DNA of 64,000 nucleotides from assembly GCF_000281045.1 (NCBI RefSeq), contig NW_008246068.1:456859-520858 (forward strand). Reading direction: 5' to 3'. Both the position numbers and the translations under genes were made by a program. Source of the DNA: Saprolegnia diclina VS20. Its lineage: Eukaryota. Positions 24,995-36,866 of the stretch are shown here, piece by piece. Below the pieces are notes generated by a model, which ran no database searches, was not told the origin of the DNA, and saw only the letters and a list, made by a program, of their open reading frames with translations. Position 1 is the stretch's first letter, and every line of letters begins with the position of its first letter.

Positions 24995-27900
24995 TTATAT
25001 ATACTCTAGACTTGTCCAAGTCCGACAGATGATTTGCATGGACGAGCTACTCGCGCAACGCAAAGCTGGAGCGACGTCCGAGGAACCGCGTTTTCTACGC
25101 CTTTGACTGTGAGCTCTTGCGAGTCGAGAGCAAACGTACGGGACCGTCGGTGGGTGGCGACGGCTGCATGCTACTACTCGACGCTGCGTCCGTGGCCGGG
25201 TCCAAGTCCAGTGGCTCCATGAGCTCGTCCTAAGCACGAGACGCGGCATGAGTTGCATGCCCTTGTACACTGCGCACACCAAACGATCGTGGAGCTCTTG
25301 GTTGCTGAACTTGGGGCGAGTGGTCTTGAGAATCTGCTGCGCGGCAGTGCTCAAGGGCGGCACAGTTGGCGGGTCCCGTCGTACGGGTCGACGGAGGCTT
25401 TGGACTTCCTTGATGAGCCGCGACATTTGGCGCTGTAGCGTTGCTTGCGACGCTTCCAGGGACGCAATCGCTGCCGTCTGCGCGGTCGCGTCGGCTTCGA
25501 GGCGCGCCTTTTGCCGACTGAGCGCCGTCACGAGCACGCGCTGCGTGTCGAGTTGCTTCGAGAGCGTGTACACGAGCTCCTTGGGCGTCTTCTCTATGTG
25601 GCTAGCAGCAGTCGGCGGCAGCGCAGTCGGCTGCGGTGCTGTCTTGCGTCGTCCGCCGAGGGGAACGGGAATCTTGGACACGGGTCGGCTCGCCTGTACG
25701 TACAACTGCTGAGGAGAGAAGACTGTGGTTCATGTACACTGCGTGCGCGCCAGAGACCAAAGGCCATTGCAACGCGAAGAAGGCGCCGACGCACGGCCTT
25801 GACAAGCACGCGTCGCAGGGCTTTCTTGGCCTTCTCGGCCGCGCTCAGCCGCGCTTTGACCGGGTGCAGCCACGCAAAGGCGGGTCCAAGCAGAGCGGGC
25901 TCGGGCTCGGAGGGCGACGACGTTTTGGCGAGCGCCAGCTGCAGCGCAATGTTCTGCTTTGTGAGCTCTCGCACCAGGTCCTCCATGGCAACACAGCAAC
26001 CGCTAAGAACCCAGTGGAAACGGGCGACAAGCGTTTTCCCTGTCGAGGGTGAGAGGAATATTAGAAAGTGGTTACTCGCTGTCGCTCTCGCCCAGTACGT
26101 AGTCGTTGGCAAAGGCCGCTGCCATGAACGCCTTCTGGAGCTCCAGCTGCAGCGCCGGACGCGCCAAGCTCGACGTCGTCGCAGGTGGCAGTGGAACGTC
26201 GCTTTTTGCAACAACGACCGGCGCTTCGACCTCGACGCCGTTCACACGCTCGGGCGGCAAGACCCGCTGGTCGAGGACATCCTAGCAAAGTCTGCTGTGA
26301 GCCATCTCTACTATTCCACTGCCAACGACAACGCACGTGGAGTTCGTCAACGACTGAATGGAACGAGGTCAACAGGGCAGTATCGGGCGCAACTGTCGGC
26401 GCTTCGTCAGCCTCAAGGCGCCCGGTGCTGAGCGCCGTGAACACCTCTGTCACGGTCGGATCGACGGGCGCTGGTAGCTCGACGGCTGGTCCGATCAGAA
26501 CCACGCTGTCATGACCGAGAGGCGGTAGCGCGGGCGCCTCGGGTGTGGCTCCATCGACCTAAGGACACGACTTAGCGCTGCCTCTAGAGTGCGTACTAGT
26601 ACGTGTGGGACGGTTGCTTCTTCCCACGTGCGGATGGCGGTGACGGCGTCGTCGACAAACTTGGCCACGCGCGCACGTGTCGCTCCGTCGTCGCTGCGGC
26701 CATGGACAAGGTCCTGCTTGTACGCGTAGAGAAGGGCATTGGCCGAGTCGAGGGCGACTTGGATCCGGTGGGCGTGGTGCCAGCTGGGCAACGAGCGACG
26801 CCTTGCTGTGTCGGCGGTCGCACTTGGTAGCGTCGGCTCCACCAAAGCCGAATCAACGTCTACGGCGGCACGAACGCGAGATTGCAAGGTGGTGACGGTC
26901 GTGATGAGTCTCTGGAGGCGCGTCACGGCGTCGCCGAGTGCCGACACGGACGACGCGACCTCGGAACGAAGCGCGTCGAGCTGCTTTTGCAGTGCTGCGC
27001 GCGCAGCCTTTTGCTGGTTGCTTAACGCGAGCAAAAGCAATGACGGCGCCGCGTCATTGGTCACACGGACGTTCATGACGTACGTTGGCTCCTGCAGCTG
27101 CGCAAAGACCTCACGCAGCAAGACACGCAGGTGCACGCAGCGTAGGTCATCGACTGAGCTCGCGCGGTTGGCCTCGAGCCGCGCAATCGGCGGGAGGAGC
27201 GTATCGAGGTGGTACCCTCGGTGGACGACCTCGGCCGCCTTGATCCGCCGCAACGAAAGTGTCACCACGTCCTACGAGGTGCTGCAGCCACGTACTGTTA
27301 CAACAAGGTATACCTCGAACGCTTCAAGGGTCGAATCAAACGAAGCAAGATGATTCTGCCACGTGCGTAGCAGCACATGTGCACGGCGCTGTGATGCGTG
27401 GCGAACCTACACCATTGCGTCGTCAGATACCAGTCGAGATCGCGAGTACGTACGTAGAAGCACCACGCGGCGATGCCAAGTCGGACCAAGAGCACGCTCA
27501 GGAGAATCGTAGCAAGTGCGACGCGGAGCCATCGGAGCGAGCCCGCGATCGCGACGCCGTAGAGGACCGCGACGGCAGCGACGATGGACGGCGGCGGCAG
27601 ATCCGCGTTTTGCCACGCACATTGCATCGAACCAAGCAGCGACGGCTGCATGCCACTGCGTAGACCATCGCGGGCATCCTGGAGGCCTTGCTGTTGCAGC
27701 ACCACCGTCGATGGCCAGCCCGGCAACACACCAGCGTGAAGCGAGTGCCACGACATTGCCGCCCATCGGCTTTGCGCTTGAGCCACTTGCTGCGCCCACT
27801 TGGATACATTGGCGACATGGAGAGAGGACGCTTGCAACTCGTCGTCGAGCGGGCGGGCGTCGGCGGCGCCGACGGACGCCAGGTACGCGTCGAGTGCTTT

Positions 27901-28070
27901 CGAGTGCTCGGTGACATACATTCTTACAACTAAATGCACGCAACGTTTGGACGCCGAGTGATGGTGCTTTTACGTATGCGAAAGAACAAGCGCCGGTACA
28001 GCTTGGCTCGACGGCGCGCCAGCGCTGAGAAGGGCGCCTTCAACTTGTATAATGGTTTGTCGGTGTCATC
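24995..28070 (-). CDS. Hypothetical multi-exon protein(s) with TM and coiled-coil segments; boundaries uncertain, may be two genes
   Basis: Successive minus-strand ORFs (27298-27939, 26495-27268, 26061-26504, 25594-26214, 24995-25705) with coding-like bias, joinable by short GT-AG introns. Confidence 0.5.
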
Positions 28071-28286
28071 GTGTTGGCTGTCGACTGGTGTGGCAGGCGC
28101 AACGCCACCCTTTTGTGCCAAGTGGCGTGCGAATAGCCGCAAAGCGTGTTCCAAATTCGGAAATTGCGAAATCGTTTTTCGTTTCGCATAAAATGAACTC
28201 GACGTTTGTATGGAAACCGGGGTTTTACGCGGAACCAGTTATTAAATTCCCGTGTTTGATTGGTGAGACCGAGATCCCCAGAAGCA

Positions 28287-31200
28287 ATGGTGAAGCAAGC
28301 GGCGAAGCGGCGACGTACCGAGACCGACGCGGAGGCCGACGCGCCGGTGCAGCATGCGTCGACGACGATGGAAGAGAAGGGCAAGCTCCTCATTGAGGAG
28401 CTCTTCACCAAGTACGATTACCTTGGGTCGCTCTTGAAGGAGTTCCAGGCCGAGCTCCAGGTGCCCCACACGACGCCGATCGCGTCCGACCAAGCATGGT
28501 TCTGGTTCCTCGAGATGAAGTTCCTCATCACGTTCCTCCATCAAATGTCCTACATGGAGCTCGCGCTCTCGGCCACCAAGCCCGACACGATGACCACCTT
28601 CCAGTCGAACGCGGCGACGAAGGACCGCGCGCACTTGACCGACCGCGCCGAGATGTCGGCGCGCCTCATCTTCTTGGAGCGGCTCATGGAGTACGTGGCA
28701 TGGCTCGGCGACCAGCGTCTCGCGCTCACGCAGCCGGCGCCGCGTGTGCACCGCCTCGCCAAGCGCTACGGCATGAACGCCAAGGAAACCGAGCTCTTCC
28801 AGCTCATGGTCATCTTCCAAGGCTGCCAGTCGACCACAGTCCGGTCGCAAATGGTCGAGGAAGACGTGAACCGCAAGATGATGAGCTTCCAGCGCCTCGC
28901 CGGCATCTCGGAGATTGACATTGAAGAGTTCCACGACGACAGCCGCGAGCACGTCAAGGAAGGCACGCTCCTCGCCGACTGTGACAACTACATTACGATC
29001 TTGACGCTGTCGTCGATCTCGGTGCGCGTCATGCTTGGCCGGACACTGTCGCCGTCCCAGATCCTCAAGCTCAGCCAGACGTCGCTCGAGGCCATCTTGC
29101 GCGAAGAAGGTATCGTGTACGAGCACGTGCTCGAGCTGCAGGACGACGCGATGGCTGGCAGCGACAACGAGCACGACGACGACGACGTGGTCGACGAGAC
29201 CGAAGAAGCAGCGACCGAAGACGAGACGCCGCCCGACGACAGCATCGTTGCCATCGAAGAAGACGACGACGAAGAAGTTGTCGACGATGACGACGATGAC
29301 ATTACATCGGCGTACTCGTTCATTGGCAAGTACAAGCCGACCAAGAGCGCGAACGGTAGCACCGGTCCGTCGCCCGACGTGCCGTTGCTGCACCACCTGA
29401 CGGACAAGAATGCGCTTTTGCCGTACAGTCCCGAGAACCAACTCGAGTACCTCGAAGACCGGTTCCAGGTCGTGGCGTTTGCGATTCGCGCGTCAGGAGC
29501 GCGCGTGAAGGACCAGATGAAGGAGGCCGGCACCAAGCAGCCGTGGAACGACAATTATGGCACGACCATGTCGGCCGGGAAGCGCGAGCTCAAGGCCAAG
29601 CAGCGCGTCCAGGACCGTCGCGTCGCGCACCGCCTCCAGCTCACACGGTATGTGTTTCATGTGTTGCGATTTTCAGATACTGCGCATTTTGAGAATGGAA
29701 ATCTCAAAGGCATGCGTAGGACCGCCAACCTCGCGCTGCCGCGCCTCGAAGAGATGGCGACCAAGTTCAAACTCAACGCGTTTGAGCAAAACGTGATTGT
29801 GATGCTGATCGGCAAGACGATCTCGCCCGTCCTCAAGAACCTCCTCGAAGGCGTCGACACGTCGGTCGTCCAGCGAATGGACGAAAGCATCACTGTGAAC
29901 CAGATTCTGAGCGTCTTTTGTGACACGTTCCAGGAGCAAGTCGCGCACCGCGTGTACTTCTACAAGTCGGCGCGGCTCCTCCAGCGCGGGCTCATCAAGC
30001 TCAACCGCGGGTCCGACTGCGTCGTATTCCACATGCAATCGTCTCACATCAACACGATCGTAGGCGATGGCACTCGAGCGGCGGCGACCTTGTGGACCAG
30101 CGCGTCGACTTGGATCGGCGCGTGCTCGACTGGGTTGTGGGCCTCGATACCGAGATCAACGAGCTCGTCGAAGGCTCCGACCTATACAACCCCAAGGTGC
30201 AGCTGTCCCAAGTGGTCCTGCCGGACGAGTACAAGCACACGATTCTGAGCACGGTCACCAGCTACGAGCACTTTCGTGTCTACCGCAAGACAAGCGGTCT
30301 CGACCAGACGCTGACGTATGGCACGGGTCTCGTGCTGCTGCTCTGCGGCGCCTCGGGCACGGGCAAGACGATGACGGTCAACGCGGTTGCGCACCACCTC
30401 AAGAAGCGCGTGCTGCTCGTCGACTTTCCGTCGCTGCAGGGCAAGGCCAGCCAGGACCGCGGGTACATCCGCCTCGGATACGTCGATATATTGATAGATT
30501 GATCTTGGATAGCGAGTGCGACGCCGACTTGCGTGGCTTGTTTCGCGAGGCCGACATGAGCAACGCGATTCTCTTCTTTGACGAGTGCGAGTCGATCTTC
30601 AAGCAGCGCGAAATGGGCGGCGACCGCCTTCTGAACGCGCTCTTGACGGAAATGGAGCGCTACGAAGGTACACTTTGACGCAATGTCGCGGAATGGTCGC
30701 GGAATGTTCGACGTAGGCATTGTGTTTTTGGCGACGAACCGGCCGTTTGATTTGGACGAAGCCATGCACCGCCGGATCACCGCCGTCTTTGAGTACAAGG
30801 CGCCGGACCACATTCAGCGCCGCGAGATCTGGCGCGTGCTCGTCTCGGACAAGCTGCAGACGTCGCCTGACATCGACTGGGACGCGATTGCGCTCAAGTA
30901 CGAGCTCTCGGGTGGCTTCATCAAGGTAGATACAACGCCCATCTTACAACCGCAAACACACTCAACACTCGATAGAACGCGATTCTCTCGGCGCTGCTCA
31001 AGGCTATTGAGCGCAGTCCGACGTCGCCCGTGATTTCGCACGACGATATTGTGGCCGGGTGCGCGCTCCAGATGCGCGGGAGTCTGCACATGAAGACGTT
31101 TGACCACCGCGTGGTGCCGTCGACGGGCCTCGACGCGCTCATCGTCGACGAGACGACGAAAGCGACGTTGGCCGAGATTGTCCAGTTTGAAAAAGCGCGC

Positions 31201-31944
31201 AACGTGATTTACGGCCAGTGGAACTTTGATTTCGGCTTGACGACCAAGTACAACAAGAAGAACCAAAAGGGCGTCTCGGCGCTCTTCCTCGGCCCGTCCG
31301 GTGTCGGCAAGGTGAGCGCCGCCAAAGCGCTCGGGTTCGAGGTCGGCCGGCCGCTCAAGCTGCTCCACTTTTCGCAGCTGCAGTGCGACTCGGCCGCCGA
31401 GTCGCGTCGTGCGCTGCAGTCGGTGTTTGACGACGCGCGGCTCATGGACGCAGTCCTCGTCCTCGAAGGGTTCGAGATGTTTGGCATCGACATGCACGGG
31501 CAGGCCGACCCGGACTCGCCGCGCTTCAAGCTCGAGGTCCGCCGCCTCATGGACATGATGGACACGTTTCCCGGCATTTCGATTCTGATTGCCAACTCGG
31601 CGCCGGGCCAGAGCATGAACTTGGACCCCGAGTGCTCGCGCCGGCTCAAGTTTGTGGTCGAGATGAAGCCGCCCAACGCAAGTCTGCGCACGCAGCTGTG
31701 GACGTCGTTCTTCCCGCCGGCCGCGCCGCTCGCGACCGACGTGGACTTCAAGAAGCTCGGCGCGCGCTTCGACTTGTCCAACGACGCGATCTCGAACGCA
31801 GTGTTTCGCGCGGCGGCCAGCGCGGCGTTGCGCCCCGAAGCGACGCGCACCATCTCGATGGCCGACTTGATGCACGCGGCCGAGACGGAGAAGAAGAAGA
31901 GCCGCGGCAATGCGCAGGACATGCGCGACCGGCTCTTTGCCTAA
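28287..31944 (+). CDS. Tandem AAA+ ATPase with winged-helix-like N-terminal modules, multi-exon
   Basis: AAA1: GASGTGKT, ILFFDECE, FLATNRPFDLDEAMHRRI, ELSGGFIK. AAA2 is degenerate: GPSGVGKV, VLVLEGFE. Confidence 0.88.
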
Positions 31945-32177
31945 CGACTAAGTTAATTCAATAAGTCAAAGAAGACGACTACATATCACGACCAACAAGC
32001 AACTTGTCGCATCGCTCAGTGAATGGTGCAGGATCATATCGAGCCCGCAGCTTCGACCTATGCGAGGTACGCTCGTTCGGCTCTCGACTTCTGTGGCCAT
32101 GATAAGACTGCCGAGGAGGAAACGACAACGACGACTTGTGTGTGTTCTAGTGCTATGCTATACGACTACGAGACAGC

Positions 32178-32615
32178 TCACGACGGGTGCGACGCCTTGG
32201 CGTACTTGGCCCGCGGTCGCGCGTCGAGGTCGGTGGCCTCGGCGCTGCGCTTGGCCGTCGGCGGCGAAATGGTGGCGGTTGTCGCTGACTGGAAGAGCGC
32301 GCGCTTGGCCGCGAGCAGCGGCGTCGTACCGCGCGGCAAAAGCAGCGCATGGCTCTTGCTCGGCGGCGTCGTAAACTGATCGGCGTGCTCGCTGTAGCCC
32401 AACGTACTTCGGCTCGTGGCTGCCGTCGCAGTCGTACTCGTCGTCGTGGCCAGCAGCGGACACTGGCGCGGCTCGTCGATCGTGTGTTTGCCGAGGTGGC
32501 CGGGCGGCGGGAGGCTATAGCGCCACCACTCGTCGGCGGTGGCTTTCGGCGTCGGCGCCACGTCGGGCTCGTCGACGACGATGCGCAGCTGGCGCGTCTT
32601 GCGGCTTTTGGACAT
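32178..32615 (-). CDS. Hypothetical protein (145 aa, low complexity)
   Basis: ATG-TGA ORF MSKSRKTRQLRIVVDEP with GC3 bias. Confidence 0.6.
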   Translation of the reverse strand: MSKSRKTRQLRIVVDEPDVAPTPKATADEWWRYSLPPPGHLGKHTIDEPRQCPLLATTTSTTATAATSRSTLGYSEHADQFTTPPSKSHALLLPRGTTPLLAAKRALFQSATTATISPPTAKRSAEATDLDARPRAKYAKASHPS

Positions 32616-33252
32616 TCGGCGGATCCTTTTGTGGGGACACTTGGGTATTTGTGGCGAGTTCCGCGCAGTAACTGCCACTGGAGAGGCGACGCCCTCGACG
32701 CGACAAAGTTGGTCGCCTCTTAGTACATATGACGATAGGACTTACTGGAGGAAACAGCAAAGCTTGCTATCTACGTGGGAGGGTAGAGGCGTCGGCTTGC
32801 AAGGGTGGTCGTGCGGTGGACGCGGCGGCGCGGTGGGACGACCTTTCTGCGCGCGCCGATCCGCCAAGATCGCGGCAAAGCAAATCTTATCGGCGCCCCA
32901 TCTTGGCCGTGCTATTACGCACGTTTTATACGCGGTGCCTGGAGCTTGTTGAGCAGCGCAGCGAGCAGCTCTCTCGGCTCATTCCTTGATCTCTCGTCGA
33001 AAGATCGTTGGCGCCAAATTATCACGCACTATATTCATTATAACACTATATATATGTTGGAACGTGAGTAGTGTGACACTACCGTTGAGATTCACACATA
33101 AGCGACTCTAAATACCGTAATGTGGTATCTACAAGAGACACTCTAACATCCCATACGCGGTCGTATTGAATATTGCAGAGCATTGCAGGTACCGAGGACC
33201 AGCGACCGGAAGCAACCCGTTGCCCCCGCCGACGCTTACCCCGATCGTCGTC

Positions 33253-36200
33253 ATGTCCCGCGTGCTCGACCTGGTCAAGGAAGCGCAGCTCGCGGTCGAT
33301 GCGAATGAGAAGGTCGCCGTGCTGCACCGGCTGAAGGAGGTTGTGCTCGAGCGCAGCCCGCCTCCGGGACTGCAAGAGTACATGGCTGCGATGGACGGTC
33401 TTGCCGCCATGGCCAGCGAGCGCAATGTGAACGTCGCGAAGACCATCTGCCAGTTCATCGAAGACGCCATGGACCCTGCACGGAACGCGTCGATCAAGTC
33501 GCCGCCCGTGCTCTCCAAGACGCGCTTCACGCTCTTCCAGGCGACGGCCGCGGTTCTCACCATCAACGCCGGTCCATCGGCCGTGCGCAAGGCGCTCAAG
33601 CTTCTCGACAAGTACGTACCCGCGACGATCTACTTTGTCTGGACGCAGCCGCTCGACGCGCTCGACGAGTCTGTGTGGCTCCAAATGCTCGATACGATCC
33701 AGATCCTGCAACACATCATCGACCAGCTCCAGGACGCCGAGTCGATTCTGCTCGCAGCGCGTGTGCTCGAGACGGTCGCGCTTCACTTTTCGTTTGCCAC
33801 CGACAGCGTCCATCGCGACCCCGCGCGCTCCAACGTCCAACCGGACGCCGTGCACCTCGCGATGATCCCGGCGTCGCACCGCTTTGTGCGCCCCGAGACG
33901 CTCGCCGACCTCGGCCAGCACATTGTGCACGCGCTCTGCGACCGCCTTTCGTCGGCGCCCCGCCACCCGATGCTCTCGTTTGGCCGTCGCGAGTTTGTGA
34001 GCTTCATCCACTCGATCAGTCTTCTCGCGTGTCTGCGCACCGACTTTGCACCGATCGTCGTGCCCTGCCTCGTCAACTTTCCATCGGCCATGGACGCAGT
34101 CGATGCACGCGTCCAGGACACGCTCCTGCATGCGATCAAGGCCAACTTGATCAAGCTGCTCCGCCTGCCGCTGCCGAGTGACCTCCAGGAAGACATGACC
34201 AACACGCTGATTGCGATGGATGCCTCCAAGCGGGCGCTCGAAGCCCTTAGCAAGTCGAAAGAGACGCGGCGCATGTACGTGGCGGCGCCGACCGACGCGT
34301 CGCTCAAGAACCTCCGGCGCGACGACGCCAAGCGGCGCCTTCCGTTCGACGCCAACAGCCTCAAGAACAAGCGCGCAAAAGTCGAGGACGTCAAACCGAC
34401 CGCCATCACGGCCGAGTCGATCGTCAACCTCCCGAATGACCACGTCGTGCGCTTCGTGCTTGGCAACATGGGCAACCTGCCGGCGGTCGCGCCCCTGACC
34501 GCGTCGGGCGCCAAGCTCGAGCTCCTCCACACGCCAAGCGCGCTCAAAGATCGCATCACGTCCATGTTGTCGCGGCTGGCGACGCCGTCGTCGGTGCTGG
34601 CGCTGGCCATGAACGCCAAGAAGACGGCCGCCGCGCGCCGGGACCCGCGTCTGCGGCGCGACAACGCCAAGACGGAGGCGCCGAGCCTCTTGCCGGCGTT
34701 CGATGACAACAGCCTCGAGTCGGTGACCAACATTATGTGTGCGAACGCGCAGACGCTCGTCGAGCCGATCATTTCGGTCACAAAGGACGAGGTTACGCGC
34801 GAATACAACGCGATCCGCGTCAACATCAAGCCCGTGAGCGACGAATGGTGCCGGCAAATGGCGCACTTGAGCGTCTCGCGCATGCTCGAGAACGAGTACG
34901 GCATCCTCACGAGCGGCCACGAAGGGCTGCGCGAGGCGCTGATCTGCCGCCTCGCGACCAGCCGATGGCTGCTGGAAGAAAACGCGCGCGACGCCAAGTC
35001 GATGCACAAGCTCATCGTCGACTTTGTCGGCGAGTCGCTGCACAAGCGGCACATGATCCTCGTCTCGCTCGCTTACCACGAGTACACGCGGTCGCTGTAC
35101 GACAGCAGCACGCAGAGTGTCGACCACGGCCGGTACCCGCGCTTGCTCGAGCTTATTTGCGCAATGCTCTCGACGCGCATCGACCCCAGCGTCGCTGCCG
35201 ACAAGAAGCTCTTTTACTCGATCTTGTCGCACTTTCCGGGTCTTACGAAAGACGTGCTCGCGATGCTGGCCAAGCAGCTCGGGGACGCCGCCGACAACCA
35301 GCGGCTCATCATGGGGGTCAGCGCGCTCCGCAACTACATTACGGACCGCGCGGCGGGCCAAGAGGCGTGTCTGCACATCCTCCTGCATTTTGCCACGCAC
35401 GTGGAGGAGGCGACGCGCAACCTCACGATCCGGTGCCTTGCCAACCAGATTTACCCGCTCCCCAAGATGCACGAGATCATTGAAGCGCACGCGATGACAC
35501 TCATGACGTCGCTCTGCGAAGCATCCGACGACGCAGCCGTGATTGCGGACGATAACGAAGAAGAATGCAAGCACAAGATGGGCGACGACGTCCAGGAGGC
35601 GCTCACAACCCGCGTGCCGCTCTCGCCGCGCCGCAAGTACTACTTGGACCGCATCGTGCAGCCAGCGGTCACGGTGGACGACACGCTTTTGGCGTTTTCC
35701 AAGGAGCTGCAAAAAGAGCACGACTTTAGCGTCGCGCCCGAGAGCGAAGCCCACGTCCTCCAGCGCATGGAGCTGTTCCTGGCGCTCTGCGCCAAGAAAC
35801 CCGAGCTCTTTGCTCACTTTGTGTCGACGTATGCGCGCGCGTCGCCGCCCGTGCAGCACGTGCTCGTGACGTCGGTCGATAAGCTCATCAAGCATCTCAA
35901 GCAGCGTGAGGGCGACGCGGTCGTGCTCGCCCAGCTGCAGCCGTTCCCAGCGACCGCGCTGGACTTTGTGGGTCATGTGGTGCGGCTGCTGGTGTCGCTC
36001 TCGCGCGACCCGTCGACGCTCGTGGAACCTCTTCTCGCGCTTTACAACGACCATGCGACGTACCCCGATGCGGTCGGTCTCTTGATTCCGATTGTGTCGG
36101 AAATGACGACCGACGTCTTCTTGCCGCTCTTGCCGCGCTTCTTCCAACTGCCGCCCGCACGGTTGACGGAAACCATGACCAAGCTGCTTGCGCCGATCCC

Positions 36201-36822
36201 GCTCAAGGTCGATCCGACGGCGCTCCTCCTCGCGCTGCACCACGTGCCCGACGAAGCCGAGCGCCAAAAGCCTGTGCTGAAAGCGATTGGCATGTGCCTC
36301 GAGCACCCTGCCGTGTTTACGCCTGACGTGTTCCAGGCCGTGATTACGACGCTCGTGCAAGAGTCGCCGATCCCCAAGTTTACGATGCGCACGATGATCC
36401 AAGCCGTCCAGCTGTACTCGAAGCTGCGCAAGCCGATGGCGTCGAGCCTCGAAGCGCTCGTCGTCCGAGAACTCTGGACGATGGACGAGACGCTCTGGAA
36501 GGGATTTATGAAGTGCGCTGTTGTTGTCCAGCCGCACTCGTTCCCGGTGCTCCTTCAGCTACCACTGGAGCAAGGCCAAAGCATCCTCGAGATGGACGAA
36601 GGCAAGGACCTCCTCGAGCCGTTCAAGGCGTTTTGCGCGAAGGATGATGTGGTGCTGAGCGCCGCATGGCGGACGTACTTGGGTCTCGATGACGTCAAGG
36701 ACGATGAGGCGGTCAAGGATGAAGTCAAGGACGAACCGCAAGCCGAGATCCAGGACCAAAACCAGAACCAGGACGCCATGGGTGATGTCAAGATGGAAGA
36801 CGACCAAACCAACAGCGCTTAA
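33253..36822 (+). CDS. SYMPK: Symplekin (CPSF scaffold)
   Basis: About 1190-aa single-exon HEAT-like ORF with RRDPR. The C-terminal domain matches symplekin: LFLALCAKKPEL, PTALLLALH, PIPKFTMRTMIQAV, LWKGFMKC...PHSFPVLLQLP. Confidence 0.9.
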   Translation: MSRVLDLVKEAQLAVDANEKVAVLHRLKEVVLERSPPPGLQEYMAAMDGLAAMASERNVNVAKTICQFIEDAMDPARNASIKSPPVLSKTRFTLFQATAAVLTINAGPSAVRKALKLLDKYVPATIYFVWTQPLDALDESVWLQMLDTIQILQHIIDQLQDAESILLAARVLETVALHFSFATDSVHRDPARSNVQPDAVHLAMIPASHRFVRPETLADLGQHIVHALCDRLSSAPRHPMLSFGRREFVSFIHSISLLACLRTDFAPIVVPCLVNFPSAMDAVDARVQDTLLHAIKANLIKLLRLPLPSDLQEDMTNTLIAMDASKRALEALSKSKETRRMYVAAPTDASLKNLRRDDAKRRLPFDANSLKNKRAKVEDVKPTAITAESIVNLPNDHVVRFVLGNMGNLPAVAPLTASGAKLELLHTPSALKDRITSMLSRLATPSSVLALAMNAKKTAAARRDPRLRRDNAKTEAPSLLPAFDDNSLESVTNIMCANAQTLVEPIISVTKDEVTREYNAIRVNIKPVSDEWCRQMAHLSVSRMLENEYGILTSGHEGLREALICRLATSRWLLEENARDAKSMHKLIVDFVGESLHKRHMILVSLAYHEYTRSLYDSSTQSVDHGRYPRLLELICAMLSTRIDPSVAADKKLFYSILSHFPGLTKDVLAMLAKQLGDAADNQRLIMGVSALRNYITDRAAGQEACLHILLHFATHVEEATRNLTIRCLANQIYPLPKMHEIIEAHAMTLMTSLCEASDDAAVIADDNEEECKHKMGDDVQEALTTRVPLSPRRKYYLDRIVQPAVTVDDTLLAFSKELQKEHDFSVAPESEAHVLQRMELFLALCAKKPELFAHFVSTYARASPPVQHVLVTSVDKLIKHLKQREGDAVVLAQLQPFPATALDFVGHVVRLLVSLSRDPSTLVEPLLALYNDHATYPDAVGLLIPIVSEMTTDVFLPLLPRFFQLPPARLTETMTKLLAPIPLKVDPTALLLALHHVPDEAERQKPVLKAIGMCLEHPAVFTPDVFQAVITTLVQESPIPKFTMRTMIQAVQLYSKLRKPMASSLEALVVRELWTMDETLWKGFMKCAVVVQPHSFPVLLQLPLEQGQSILEMDEGKDLLEPFKAFCAKDDVVLSAAWRTYLGLDDVKDDEAVKDEVKDEPQAEIQDQNQNQDAMGDVKMEDDQTNSA

Positions 36823-36866
36823 ATCGTAATATGGTTTTACGCGATTTGAAGGGGTAGGTGTGTGGA

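Noticed and set aside
29150..29300. GAC/GAA triplet runs here and at 63170-63200 and 63600-63680; (CT)6 at 60421
   Set aside because: Ordinary acidic low-complexity coding tracts and a short microsatellite, not a CRISPR-like array.
33079..36537. 1152-aa minus-strand ORF opposite symplekin, and similar long antisense ORFs opposite PCCB, the AAA ATPase, GH5 and the kinases
   Set aside because: Shadow ORFs caused by high GC3. They are Arg/His/Val-rich mirror sequences with no motifs.
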